This document shows positions 18,540-26,991 of a DNA stretch of 64,000 nt, one piece after another (position 1 is the first letter of the stretch; each line of letters begins with the position of its first letter). Source of the stretch: Patescibacteria group bacterium (lineage in GTDB: Bacteria; Patescibacteriota; Patescibacteriia; Patescibacteriales; UBA12465); NCBI GenBank assembly GCA_041656935.1, contig JBBACQ010000004.1:8557-72556 (forward strand), read 5' to 3'. The notes below the pieces were generated by a model. It was not told where the DNA came from and searched no databases. It saw nothing but the letters and a program-made list of their open reading frames with translations. A program made the translations under genes and the position numbers.

Positions 18540-19991
18540 ATGAATATTGAGCGAGTTATCAAAAAAGCTCAAGAAACTAACCCAAATATTAATACCGATA
18601 TAATTCTGCGGGCTTATAATTTTGCCGAAAAAGCTCACCGGGGACAAAACAGGAAGAGTGGTGAGCCCTATATTGAACATCCGCTTCATACTGCTTTTAA
18701 TTTAGCCCAAATAAAAGCTGACCTCCCTACCATAGTTGCCGGAATATTACATGACGTTCCCGAAGACACCGATTATACTATTGAGGATATAAAAGAAAAT
18801 TTTGGTGAAGAAGTTTGTGGTTTAGTAGAAGGAATAACAAAATTAGGGAAAATAAAATATCGAGGCATCGAACGATATCGGGAAAATTTAAGAAAAATGT
18901 TTTTAGCCATGGTTGATGATATTAGAATAATGTATATAAAATTTTGTGATCGCCTCCATAATCTACGTACCCTGGATTCTTTACCAGAAAATAAACAACA
19001 AAGAATAGCTAAAGAAACTTTAGAAATTTATGCTCCGATTGCCGGGCTCTTGGGTATCTGGCGATTAAAATGGCAGATGGAAGATATTTGTTTTAAATAT
19101 ATTTATCCTAAGGAATATAAAAAGATAGAATACAAATATGAAATTGAAAAAAAATCAGAACGAAACCAGTTTTTTCAAAGAGTTAAAAAAATATTAGCCA
19201 AAGAATTAACAAAAACCAAGATTGATTATGAAATCACAGCTCGTTTTAAACATCTTTACAGTATCTGGGAAAAGATGCAAAGAAAAGATCGAAAATTTGA
19301 TGAAATTTATGATGTGTTTGCCTTAAGAGTTTTGGTTAATAATATTGAAGACTGTTATAAGGTTCTAGGTATTATTCATTCTATTTGGAAGCCAATCACT
19401 AATCGCTTTAAAGATTATATTGCTGTTCCTAAGCCCAATGGCTATCGTAGTCTACACACTACTATTATTGGCCCCGAGAATAAGGCAACTGAGTTTCAAA
19501 TTAAAACTAAAGAGATGCATGATGAGTCAATCTACGGATCTCAGGACCATTGGAGTTATAAAAATGAAAAATTAGAATATAAAAAACCTTCCTGGATTAA
19601 AGAAATTTTAGAAATTCAAAAAGAAAATGCTAATGCCAAAGATTTTGTTCGAGAAATAAAAGGAAATATATTTCAAAATAGAATATTTGTTTTCTCTCCA
19701 AAAGGAGATGTTATTGAGCTCCCCGAAAAATCAACTCCGATCGATTTTGCTTATGCTATCCATACTGATGTCGGGAATAAAGCTGTTCAGGCTTTAGTTA
19801 ATGAAAAAATAGAAAGCCTTGATTTCGAATTAAAAAATGGAGATTTGGTAGAAATAATAATTGATAAAACCAGAAAGGGACCAAATAGTAATTGGCTTAG
19901 TTTCGCCAAAACAAAACACGCCGTAAATAGAATAAAACAACATTCGCAAAATAAAACTCTGGATAAATTCAAAAAAATGTTTAATAAATAA
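18540..19991 (+). CDS. rel: Short RelA/SpoT homologue (HD hydrolase, synthetase and TGS domains; no ACT).
   Basis: HRGQNRKSGEPYIEHPL..HDVPEDT (HD). YSIWEKMQRK..FDEIYDVFALRVLV (synthetase). TGS-like C-terminus. Confidence 0.85.
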   Translation: MNIERVIKKAQETNPNINTDIILRAYNFAEKAHRGQNRKSGEPYIEHPLHTAFNLAQIKADLPTIVAGILHDVPEDTDYTIEDIKENFGEEVCGLVEGITKLGKIKYRGIERYRENLRKMFLAMVDDIRIMYIKFCDRLHNLRTLDSLPENKQQRIAKETLEIYAPIAGLLGIWRLKWQMEDICFKYIYPKEYKKIEYKYEIEKKSERNQFFQRVKKILAKELTKTKIDYEITARFKHLYSIWEKMQRKDRKFDEIYDVFALRVLVNNIEDCYKVLGIIHSIWKPITNRFKDYIAVPKPNGYRSLHTTIIGPENKATEFQIKTKEMHDESIYGSQDHWSYKNEKLEYKKPSWIKEILEIQKENANAKDFVREIKGNIFQNRIFVFSPKGDVIELPEKSTPIDFAYAIHTDVGNKAVQALVNEKIESLDFELKNGDLVEIIIDKTRKGPNSNWLSFAKTKHAVNRIKQHSQNKTLDKFKKMFNK

Positions 19992-19994
19992 AAA

Positions 19995-20020
19995 GAAGCG
20001 CTAATAAGCGCCTCTTTTTT
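19995..20020. terminator. Bidirectional intrinsic terminator between convergent rel and rpsU.
   Basis: gaagcgct-aata-agcgcctc (8-bp stem, one mismatch) followed by tttttt. Confidence 0.55.
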
Positions 20021-20036
20021 ATCGAAAATAAAAAAA

Positions 20037-20261
20037 TTATCTAGTTTCTTTTAATTTACCAGTTTTTCTTAAATACTCAAACTTCTTTCCCAGCTCTAAT
20101 CTAGCTAGAGCTGATTTTTTGTTCTGAATACTAGTTTTCTTTTTAGCGTATGTTCGTTTTTTCTTGAAAGATTCAAGTCTTTTGTTATTTTTTAAACTAT
20201 TCTTGAAACGTCTTAAAAAAGCTTCAAAACTTTCACCTTTTTTTCTTTTTAAATCAGCCAT
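20037..20261 (-). CDS. rpsU: 30S ribosomal protein S21.
   Basis: ESFEAFLRRFKNS matches the S21 E.FD.ALRRFKR core. Basic, 74 aa. Confidence 0.7.
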   Translation of the reverse strand: MADLKRKKGESFEAFLRRFKNSLKNNKRLESFKKKRTYAKKKTSIQNKKSALARLELGKKFEYLRKTGKLKETR

Positions 20262-20373
20262 AAAACACCCACCTTTCTATATATGGTTAAATAAACCATA
20301 AATTAAATAATTTATTAGTATAAATTTTATAACACATTAATTTTAAAAAATCAAGCGCTGACTAATAAAACTT

Positions 20374-21747
20374 CTAAGAGCAAGCGATGCTCTTTTCTAA
20401 TCGATTGATTAAATCCTTCCGAGCAATAATCTCTTGGACTCCCGATTCTATGTCTCGGAACAAAATAGTCTCTTCACTTAATTCTTTACGGCCTAAAATT
20501 AAAACAATTTTGGCCTTCAAATTTCTAGCTTCTTCTAATTGATCTTTTAATCCATCTAGATGAAAAGCCTGCTTAACATTAAATCCTTTACTTAAAAGTT
20601 CTTTAAACAAAAACATCGATTTGGCTTTAGCTGAGACATCAATCTGAGCTAAAAAGATGGCGTCCTTATCGTCTTCAATGAATAAATTATTTTCTTTAGC
20701 TTTAATTAAGGTTCTTTCAATACCGCCACTAAAACCAAGTAAAGGAATTTCTCGACCAGCTAAGCTAGAAAAAACATTGTCATATCTTCCTCCTCGTCCT
20801 AGGGTTAATTTAGGATTGGCTTCCCCATTTTTGTCAATCGGCCAAATTTCAAAAATTAAATCATTATAACAATTAAGATCTCTGGTTAGATAGGGATTAA
20901 AATTATAATTTATTTCCATTTCATCTAAAAATTCCATGGTTTTATAAAAACGAGCGCTACTCTCTTCTGATAAGAAATCAACTATTTGAGGCATCTCAGC
21001 TCTAACTTTCAAACATTCCTCTTCTTGACATTCTAACAACGATGACGGAGATTTAAAAATATTTTTTTTGCACTCATTACATAATTTGCTACGACGACCT
21101 CGTTCTTTTAAGAACTTAGAGAATTTATGAAGAAATTCTTTCTGACAATCGAAGTCTCCCATACTATTAATCTGGACCTGAACATCAATTTGCAATTCTT
21201 TAAAAATATTAAAAACTAAAAATATTAAGAAGGCATCGGAAATCGGTTTGGGATCATTTATAATGCTGAAATTAAATTGTCCGAATTGACGATAGACTCC
21301 CCCCTTAACCTTTTCTTGCCTAAAAACCGGTCCGACAGAAAAGAATTTTAGTGGACCAACTAAATTATTTAAATTTCCATGTTCTACTAAAGCCCGAACC
21401 ATTCCATGAACTAAATCTGGACGTAAGGCCATCTTTTCAACCGAAGATTGATCTACCAAGAAAAGACTTTTAATTTTATTTTTATCTAAAATCTTTTTAT
21501 AGAAAGAATAGTCTTCTAGAATTGGAGTCTCTATCTTACCAAAACTATAACAAAGAGCTGTTTCTTCTATTTTTTTAATAATCGGATTAAGAAACTTATA
21601 ATCAGACGCTAAAACATCTTTCATCCCTAAAAGACGAGAAAATTTCTTGGAAGAAAAAACCTTAGGGGCAGTTTTTAACTTCTTACTTTTGTTGATATTA
21701 TTAGGTTTAGAATTGGTTTTGTTTTTAACATTTTTTTTTCTACCCAT
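20374..21747 (-). CDS. hisS: Histidyl-tRNA synthetase (class II) with a roughly 40-aa Lys-rich N-terminal extension.
   Basis: GMKDVL..IETPILE (motif 1). LRPDLVHGMVRAL..FSVGPVFRQEKVKGGVYRQFGQ (motif 2). GRGGRYDNV..GFSGGIERT (motif 3). Confidence 0.85.
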   Translation of the reverse strand: MGRKKNVKNKTNSKPNNINKSKKLKTAPKVFSSKKFSRLLGMKDVLASDYKFLNPIIKKIEETALCYSFGKIETPILEDYSFYKKILDKNKIKSLFLVDQSSVEKMALRPDLVHGMVRALVEHGNLNNLVGPLKFFSVGPVFRQEKVKGGVYRQFGQFNFSIINDPKPISDAFLIFLVFNIFKELQIDVQVQINSMGDFDCQKEFLHKFSKFLKERGRRSKLCNECKKNIFKSPSSLLECQEEECLKVRAEMPQIVDFLSEESSARFYKTMEFLDEMEINYNFNPYLTRDLNCYNDLIFEIWPIDKNGEANPKLTLGRGGRYDNVFSSLAGREIPLLGFSGGIERTLIKAKENNLFIEDDKDAIFLAQIDVSAKAKSMFLFKELLSKGFNVKQAFHLDGLKDQLEEARNLKAKIVLILGRKELSEETILFRDIESGVQEIIARKDLINRLEKSIACS

Positions 21748-21753
21748 ATAGTT

Positions 21754-22323
21754 TTAGTTAATATAATTAGTATTATAAAAATTGTGATATTTAAAAAGAG
21801 TGAAACGATTAAAAGGCCATCCACGAAGCAAAACTCTTCCGGTAATAAAACTTCTATTTAAAGGACCGAAAGTTCTGGAATCTTTAGAAGCATAACGATT
21901 ATCTCCTAAAACGAAAAACTCATTTTCTTTTAAAGTTGTGTTCTCATCTTCTATGCTATAGGTTTTAATTGTATCGGATAAATAAGCACTCTCGACTAAT
22001 TTAAATCCTTCGGGGTTTTCTCGATTAAAAATGAAAATATCGCCGTCGATCATTTCAATAGTTTCTCCGGGTAGAGCAATAATTCTTTTTATAAAATATT
22101 CTTGAGGATTTTGTGGATAACGAAAGACAATGATATCTCCTCTTTCCGGATCACTAAAACGATAAGATATTTCATCAATGATTAAATATTCATGGTCATG
22201 GAAGGTTGGCTCCATAGAAGCTCCCTTAACATAAAAAGGTTGAATTATGAAATATCTAATGGGTAAAATTATTACTAAAGACACCACAACTATTTTAATA
22301 AAGTCCAAAAAGTTTCTCAACAT
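21754..22323 (-). CDS. lepB: Signal peptidase I.
   Basis: GASMEPTF (Ser box). RGDIIVFRYP. VLGDNRYASKDSRTFGP (boxes D/E). Confidence 0.85.
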   Translation of the reverse strand: MLRNFLDFIKIVVVSLVIILPIRYFIIQPFYVKGASMEPTFHDHEYLIIDEISYRFSDPERGDIIVFRYPQNPQEYFIKRIIALPGETIEMIDGDIFIFNRENPEGFKLVESAYLSDTIKTYSIEDENTTLKENEFFVLGDNRYASKDSRTFGPLNRSFITGRVLLRGWPFNRFTLFKYHNFYNTNYIN

Positions 22324-22415
22324 AAAATTTAAAAAAATTTAGACGAACAGATAAGTTCGAGAAAATAAATAATTATTTATTTATACTTATAAAATAGCAA
22401 AAAATAGATTAAAAA

Positions 22416-23546
22416 TCAAATAATAAACATGGCGTCACCATAACTAAAGAATCTGTATTTTTCATTTATAGCTTCCTGATAAATTTCTAAAGTTTTTTCT
22501 CGACCAATTAAAGCGCTAATTAGGACAATTAAACTAGATTGGGGAAGATGAAAGTTAGTTATTAAACCATCAACCATCTGGAATTTAAAGCCAGGATAGA
22601 TGAAAATGTTGGTAGAAAAAGTAATCGGGTCAACCAATATCCCTGTCGCTCCAGCATCCCTTTTTTTGTCACTCCAATAAAAACTGGAACCAGCGCTCCC
22701 TTGGGCAAGACTCTCCAGTATCCGAACCGAAGTAGTGCCGACAGCAATAATGCGACGACCCTCTTTTTTAGCTTCGATTATTTTCAGTAAAACTTCTTGA
22801 GAAACTTCCGCCTCTTCACTGTGCATCTGATGGTCTAAAATATTCTCGGTTTTAATTGGCGAAAATGTTCCTAAACCCACATGCAAAGTCCCCTCTAATA
22901 TTTCTATACCCTTGCTCTTTATTTTTTTTAAAAGTTCATCGGTAAAATGAAGGCCAGCTGTTGGCACAGCTGACGAACCGATTTTATCATCCTGAGCATA
23001 AACCGTTTGATAATTTTTGATATCATTTTGATTTCGCTCTTCTCTTTTAATATAAGGCGGTAATGGCGTCCAACCAATTTTTTCTATTATTTTTAAAAAA
23101 TCCTGATAATTTTTATTGAAAATTACTTGGCGCACCCCATTATTATCATTATTATCGTTTTTATCATCGCCAAAAATCTGTTCATCATTTTTTATAATTG
23201 TAGCTATCAAATTATCTGGCAAAACCAATTCTGCCCCATCCTTAACTCGTCCACCAATCAAGCACTGCCAAATATTTTTTTCCTGACTAATATTTTTTAA
23301 TAAAAATATTTCTACTTCTCCCCCAGTTTTCTTGTGAGCTTTAAGACGCGCTGAAAAAACTTTAGAATTATTGACGAACAAAACATCCCCAGGGTTCAGA
23401 TAATCAACAATATCGTAAAATTTCTGATGATTAATTTTTTGGGTTCGACGATTGTAAATTAAAAGACGGGAATGATCCCGTGGGCTAACTGGCTCCTGAG
23501 CAATTAGATCGGAGGGCAGATTGTAATTAAAATCGGAGAGTTTCAT
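22416..23546 (-). CDS. queA: S-adenosylmethionine:tRNA ribosyltransferase-isomerase.
   Basis: MKLSDFNYNLPSDLIAQEPVSPRDHSRLL..GDVLFVNNSKVFSARL. Confidence 0.9.
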   Translation of the reverse strand: MKLSDFNYNLPSDLIAQEPVSPRDHSRLLIYNRRTQKINHQKFYDIVDYLNPGDVLFVNNSKVFSARLKAHKKTGGEVEIFLLKNISQEKNIWQCLIGGRVKDGAELVLPDNLIATIIKNDEQIFGDDKNDNNDNNGVRQVIFNKNYQDFLKIIEKIGWTPLPPYIKREERNQNDIKNYQTVYAQDDKIGSSAVPTAGLHFTDELLKKIKSKGIEILEGTLHVGLGTFSPIKTENILDHQMHSEEAEVSQEVLLKIIEAKKEGRRIIAVGTTSVRILESLAQGSAGSSFYWSDKKRDAGATGILVDPITFSTNIFIYPGFKFQMVDGLITNFHLPQSSLIVLISALIGREKTLEIYQEAINEKYRFFSYGDAMFII

Positions 23547-24685
23547 TAAGTAATAAAATCTAAATAATTATTTTTATTTACCGAATTAAATTCAACATTA
23601 TTATAGTTTTCTAAAAAATCTTTTGGCAAATCCTTTTTAATCTTATTCCATTTAAACTCAAAAGCATAAATTTTCCCATCCCTGTCTTCTATTAAGTCTA
23701 TTTCTTTGCCCTCATAATTTCTCCAGAAATAATAATTATTTACTAAATTATCTTTCTTATTTTTTTCGATAACCAAAAAATTTTCAAAAAGAGCTCCAAT
23801 ATCATCTCTATTATCCAAAGAGTTAAATTGAGAAATCAGAGCATTTCTAATTCCATTATCTAAAAAATAATATTTTGATTTAGTATTTATTTCGTTTCTC
23901 ATGTTCCTGCTAAAACCGCTTAAACTTTTAATAACAAATCCTTTTTCTAAAATATCTAAATATCTGTCTACTGTTTTAACATCCAGGGAAACTTTTTGAG
24001 CTAATTCATTCAAAGAAACCAAATTCCCAACCTGAAAAGCTAACAGCTTTAAAAGATTAAGAAGTTTTTTACTAAATTTTATTTTATCTAATTTTAAAAT
24101 ATCTTTCAATAAATAAGAATCAACTAATTCATTTAATAGTGCCACCTTCTCTTCTTTATTTTTGGCCAAAACAACATCTGGGTAAGAACCAAAAATAAGG
24201 AAATCTTCTAATTTTTCTTTTAATTCATACTTATTATACAAGGTAAGCAATTCTGATTGAGAAAATGGATAAAGCGTTATAGTTTTTTTTCTTCCGGTTA
24301 AGGGTTCACCAATTTCTTGAGATAATTCAAAAGATGAGGACCCTGTTACTAAAACATAAATATCCTTTACCTGATCAACTATTATTTTTAAAGCCTTCCC
24401 AATGTTTTTTATTTCTTGAGCCTCGTCAATAACAATTAAATCATAACCATCGACATATTCTTTTATTTTTTTAAAATCTAAGGAGTTTAATAATTTCTGC
24501 AATCTTATATTTTCTCCATTGTCTAGCTTATATTTTAAATCGGTTTTTTCTAAAAAAATATTTAGAAGAGTTGTTTTTCCAACTCTTCTTGGACCATAAA
24601 CAATAACAACTTTATTTTTTTGTAATATTTTATTTAAATCAAACTTCCTAGAAATCATAAATATATTATTAAGATTTAATATCAT
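23546..24685 (-). CDS. AAA+ ATPase of the DUF4143/COG1373 type.
   Basis: Walker A VVIVYGPRRVGKTTLL. Walker B LIVIDEAQ. C-terminal DUF4143-like region. Confidence 0.7.
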   Translation of the reverse strand: MILNLNNIFMISRKFDLNKILQKNKVVIVYGPRRVGKTTLLNIFLEKTDLKYKLDNGENIRLQKLLNSLDFKKIKEYVDGYDLIVIDEAQEIKNIGKALKIIVDQVKDIYVLVTGSSSFELSQEIGEPLTGRKKTITLYPFSQSELLTLYNKYELKEKLEDFLIFGSYPDVVLAKNKEEKVALLNELVDSYLLKDILKLDKIKFSKKLLNLLKLLAFQVGNLVSLNELAQKVSLDVKTVDRYLDILEKGFVIKSLSGFSRNMRNEINTKSKYYFLDNGIRNALISQFNSLDNRDDIGALFENFLVIEKNKKDNLVNNYYFWRNYEGKEIDLIEDRDGKIYAFEFKWNKIKKDLPKDFLENYNNVEFNSVNKNNYLDFIT

Positions 24686-24687
24686 TA

Positions 24688-24716
24688 TTATAGCTCAAAT
24701 CCATAAATTTGTCAAA
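24688..24716 (-). promoter_or_regulatory. Consensus sigma70-type promoter upstream of the ATPase-queA-lepB-hisS gene string.
   Basis: Minus strand TTGACA, 17 nt, TATAAT. Plus-strand tgtcaa at 24711-24716 and attata at 24688-24693. Confidence 0.5.
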
Positions 24717-24782
24717 TTTTATGGAGTAGCACTCCATAAATTAGGTTAAATTTATTCTTTTGTCTTAAGATTTAAAATTACC

Positions 24783-25793
24783 CTATTCGCTCAATTTAGG
24801 CTTAAAGCCTAAATGTTTAAAGGCCTGCTCAGTGGCTAAACGACCTCGGGGAGAGCGATCTAGGAAGCCGATTTGCATTAAATAAGGTTCGTAAACATCT
24901 TCAATGGTAGCCATATCTTCTCCGGTTGAGGCCGCCAAAGTATTCAAACCCACTGGCCCCCCACCAAATTTCTCAATAATAGTATTTAATATTTTTCTAT
25001 CAACATAATCTAAACCATACTCATCAATATTTAAAACTTCAAAAGATTTTAGGCAAATATCCTTATCGATTACTCCCCGACCTTCAACTTGAGAAAAATC
25101 ACGAACGCGTTTTAATAAGCGATTAGCAATACGAGGAGTCCGACGAGAACGATGAGAAATTAATTTGCTGGCCTCTTCATCAATTTCAATATTTAAAATT
25201 CCGGCACTACGATTCACAATTTGTTCAATATCACCAACATTATAAAAATCTAAATGATGAATAATGCCAAATCTATCACGCAGTGGAGCTGATAACATAC
25301 TGGCTTTAGTAGTTGCTCCGATGATGGTAAATTTTGGTAAATCCAAGCGCAAGGTTCGAGCTCCCGGGCCCTTACCCATTATTAAATCTAAGGCGTAATC
25401 CTCCATGGCTGGATATAAAATCTCTTCAATAGTTTTATTAAGTCGATGAATTTCATCAATAAATAAAATATCACCTTCGCTGAGATTGGTTAAAATAGCC
25501 GCCAAGTCTCCGCTTCTTTCAATAGCCGGCCCAGAAGTTACTTTAATATTAGCTCCTAATTCGTTAGCCAGGACGTGAGCTAAGGTTGTTTTACCTAATC
25601 CTGGAGCTCCATAAAACAAAACATGCTCAATTGGTTCATTACGCTTTAAGGCTGCCTTAATGGTAATATTTAAATTGGTCTTAACGCTATCTTGGCCAAT
25701 ATATTCGCTAAAGGACTTGGGACGTAAACTCAAATCAAAAGCCTGATCGTTATTTGTTTCTACTGGACTAATTATTCTATCTTCATTATCCAT
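24783..25793 (-). CDS. ruvB: Holliday junction helicase RuvB.
   Basis: [36 protein letters not shown]. Sensor and arginine-finger regions. Confidence 0.95.
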   Translation of the reverse strand: MDNEDRIISPVETNNDQAFDLSLRPKSFSEYIGQDSVKTNLNITIKAALKRNEPIEHVLFYGAPGLGKTTLAHVLANELGANIKVTSGPAIERSGDLAAILTNLSEGDILFIDEIHRLNKTIEEILYPAMEDYALDLIMGKGPGARTLRLDLPKFTIIGATTKASMLSAPLRDRFGIIHHLDFYNVGDIEQIVNRSAGILNIEIDEEASKLISHRSRRTPRIANRLLKRVRDFSQVEGRGVIDKDICLKSFEVLNIDEYGLDYVDRKILNTIIEKFGGGPVGLNTLAASTGEDMATIEDVYEPYLMQIGFLDRSPRGRLATEQAFKHLGFKPKLSE

Positions 25794-25877
25794 ATTATAT
25801 TTATAAAATAAATTATTAACACTCTAAACAGCACCGCTGTTCCTATATAATAACACTATAATTGGCTTCAAACAACC

Positions 25878-25906
25878 TTGACATTATATTTTAAATATGA
25901 TAATAT
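25878..25906 (+). promoter_or_regulatory. Candidate sigma70 promoter for the 26054 gene.
   Basis: TTGACA, 17 nt, TAATAT. Confidence 0.4.
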
Positions 25907-26053
25907 CGACCATTAAAACTAGTTCCTTGAAAACAATCTTTTTTCATTTTAATAACGGTAATATTAGGTTAATTATTTAATTTATTTAATTAGGAAAATT
26001 TAGATAAATTAAATAATTAACTTAATATCTAACCTCTAAAAAAATGAAATGAA

Positions 26054-26911
26054 ATGAAAGAAGTTAAAAAAATTGTTCAAAATTATTTCTTGTCTTTTAG
26101 CGAAGGAACGGGAGCTGGTCATGGTCTTGTTTTTTATTGTCTTTTTTTATTTGCATTATTTATTTTTATTTTTTCACTCCCCTTAACGGAATGCTTGTGT
26201 GATCCCTTCTATAAAACATTCGGAATTATAGCTGGGTCAATCGCTTTTGGCTTCCCTATAGTGAGCTACCTATTGTGCAAAATAACAAGTCGCAAATTTA
26301 TTTCAGTCCCACCAGAAAAAAGAAGTTGTCACGATAGTGCGCTTCTCTTAGTGAGAGACGAGCAGGTCATCTCTAGAATAGGCGTGGCCTTCGGTTATCA
26401 AGAGGAAAAAATAAATCTCCAGAAGCCAATCTGGAAAAAAGGAATAATTTACCAAATAGTCACCGGCTGGAAGGGAGTTGCTTATTGGCACTATTCGAAA
26501 AACGATGAAAATGGAAATACGGAAGATGTATTTGTTATTGAAACCGAAGTTTCGGGCCGACACAAAAACTCCACAATTACAATCCCCGTAAAAATAAAAA
26601 TTTACACAGGAGAAGAATTCGATCCGATTGAAGTTTTTAACAAAATCTCCCCTGGCCCAAAGGAAACTACTATACTCCTCGGGAAGTATCTCCAAGATTT
26701 TTTCGTTAGAATAAACGAAAAAAATCAGGAAGGAATCCAAAAATTAATAACCGAATATGCTGAAATGAAAATTTCTGATTCGGTTTTAATGAGTGAGATA
26801 GTTGATCTCCTAATTTTCCCGGAAAAACTATTTTCCAACATTGAAGATGTCCAGATATGTTTGGACACTCCAATAACCACTTCCTGCAAGGGAATGGTCT
26901 GCGGAAAATAA
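26054..26911 (+). CDS. Hypothetical membrane-associated protein with no recognised domain. G+C is higher than neighbours.
   Basis: ORF with one or two N-terminal hydrophobic helices and multiple Cys. Coding-like composition. Confidence 0.5.
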   Translation: MKEVKKIVQNYFLSFSEGTGAGHGLVFYCLFLFALFIFIFSLPLTECLCDPFYKTFGIIAGSIAFGFPIVSYLLCKITSRKFISVPPEKRSCHDSALLLVRDEQVISRIGVAFGYQEEKINLQKPIWKKGIIYQIVTGWKGVAYWHYSKNDENGNTEDVFVIETEVSGRHKNSTITIPVKIKIYTGEEFDPIEVFNKISPGPKETTILLGKYLQDFFVRINEKNQEGIQKLITEYAEMKISDSVLMSEIVDLLIFPEKLFSNIEDVQICLDTPITTSCKGMVCGK

Positions 26912-26930
26912 CAAAAAATCGGGGAAACCT

Positions 26931-26958
26931 AAAGGAAGCCAACCAGCTTCCTTTTTTA
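26931..26958 (+). terminator. Intrinsic terminator after the 26054 gene.
   Basis: aaaggaagc-caacca-gcttccttt followed by a T-run. Confidence 0.6.
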
Positions 26959-26991
26959 TTTATTCGAAATAAATCAATATTAAATAATCTT

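Noticed and set aside
20374-21747. The Lys-rich N-terminal extension of HisRS (and of GyrA) as a separate domain or gene fusion.
   Set aside because: Low-complexity basic extensions are common in AT-rich reduced genomes. No motif suggests an extra functional domain.
24701-24735. Hairpins ccataaa-n9-tttatgg and ggagt-agc-actcc downstream of ruvB, considered as a terminator.
   Set aside because: No adjacent U-run on the minus strand, and they overlap the -35 of the ATPase promoter. Function is ambiguous.
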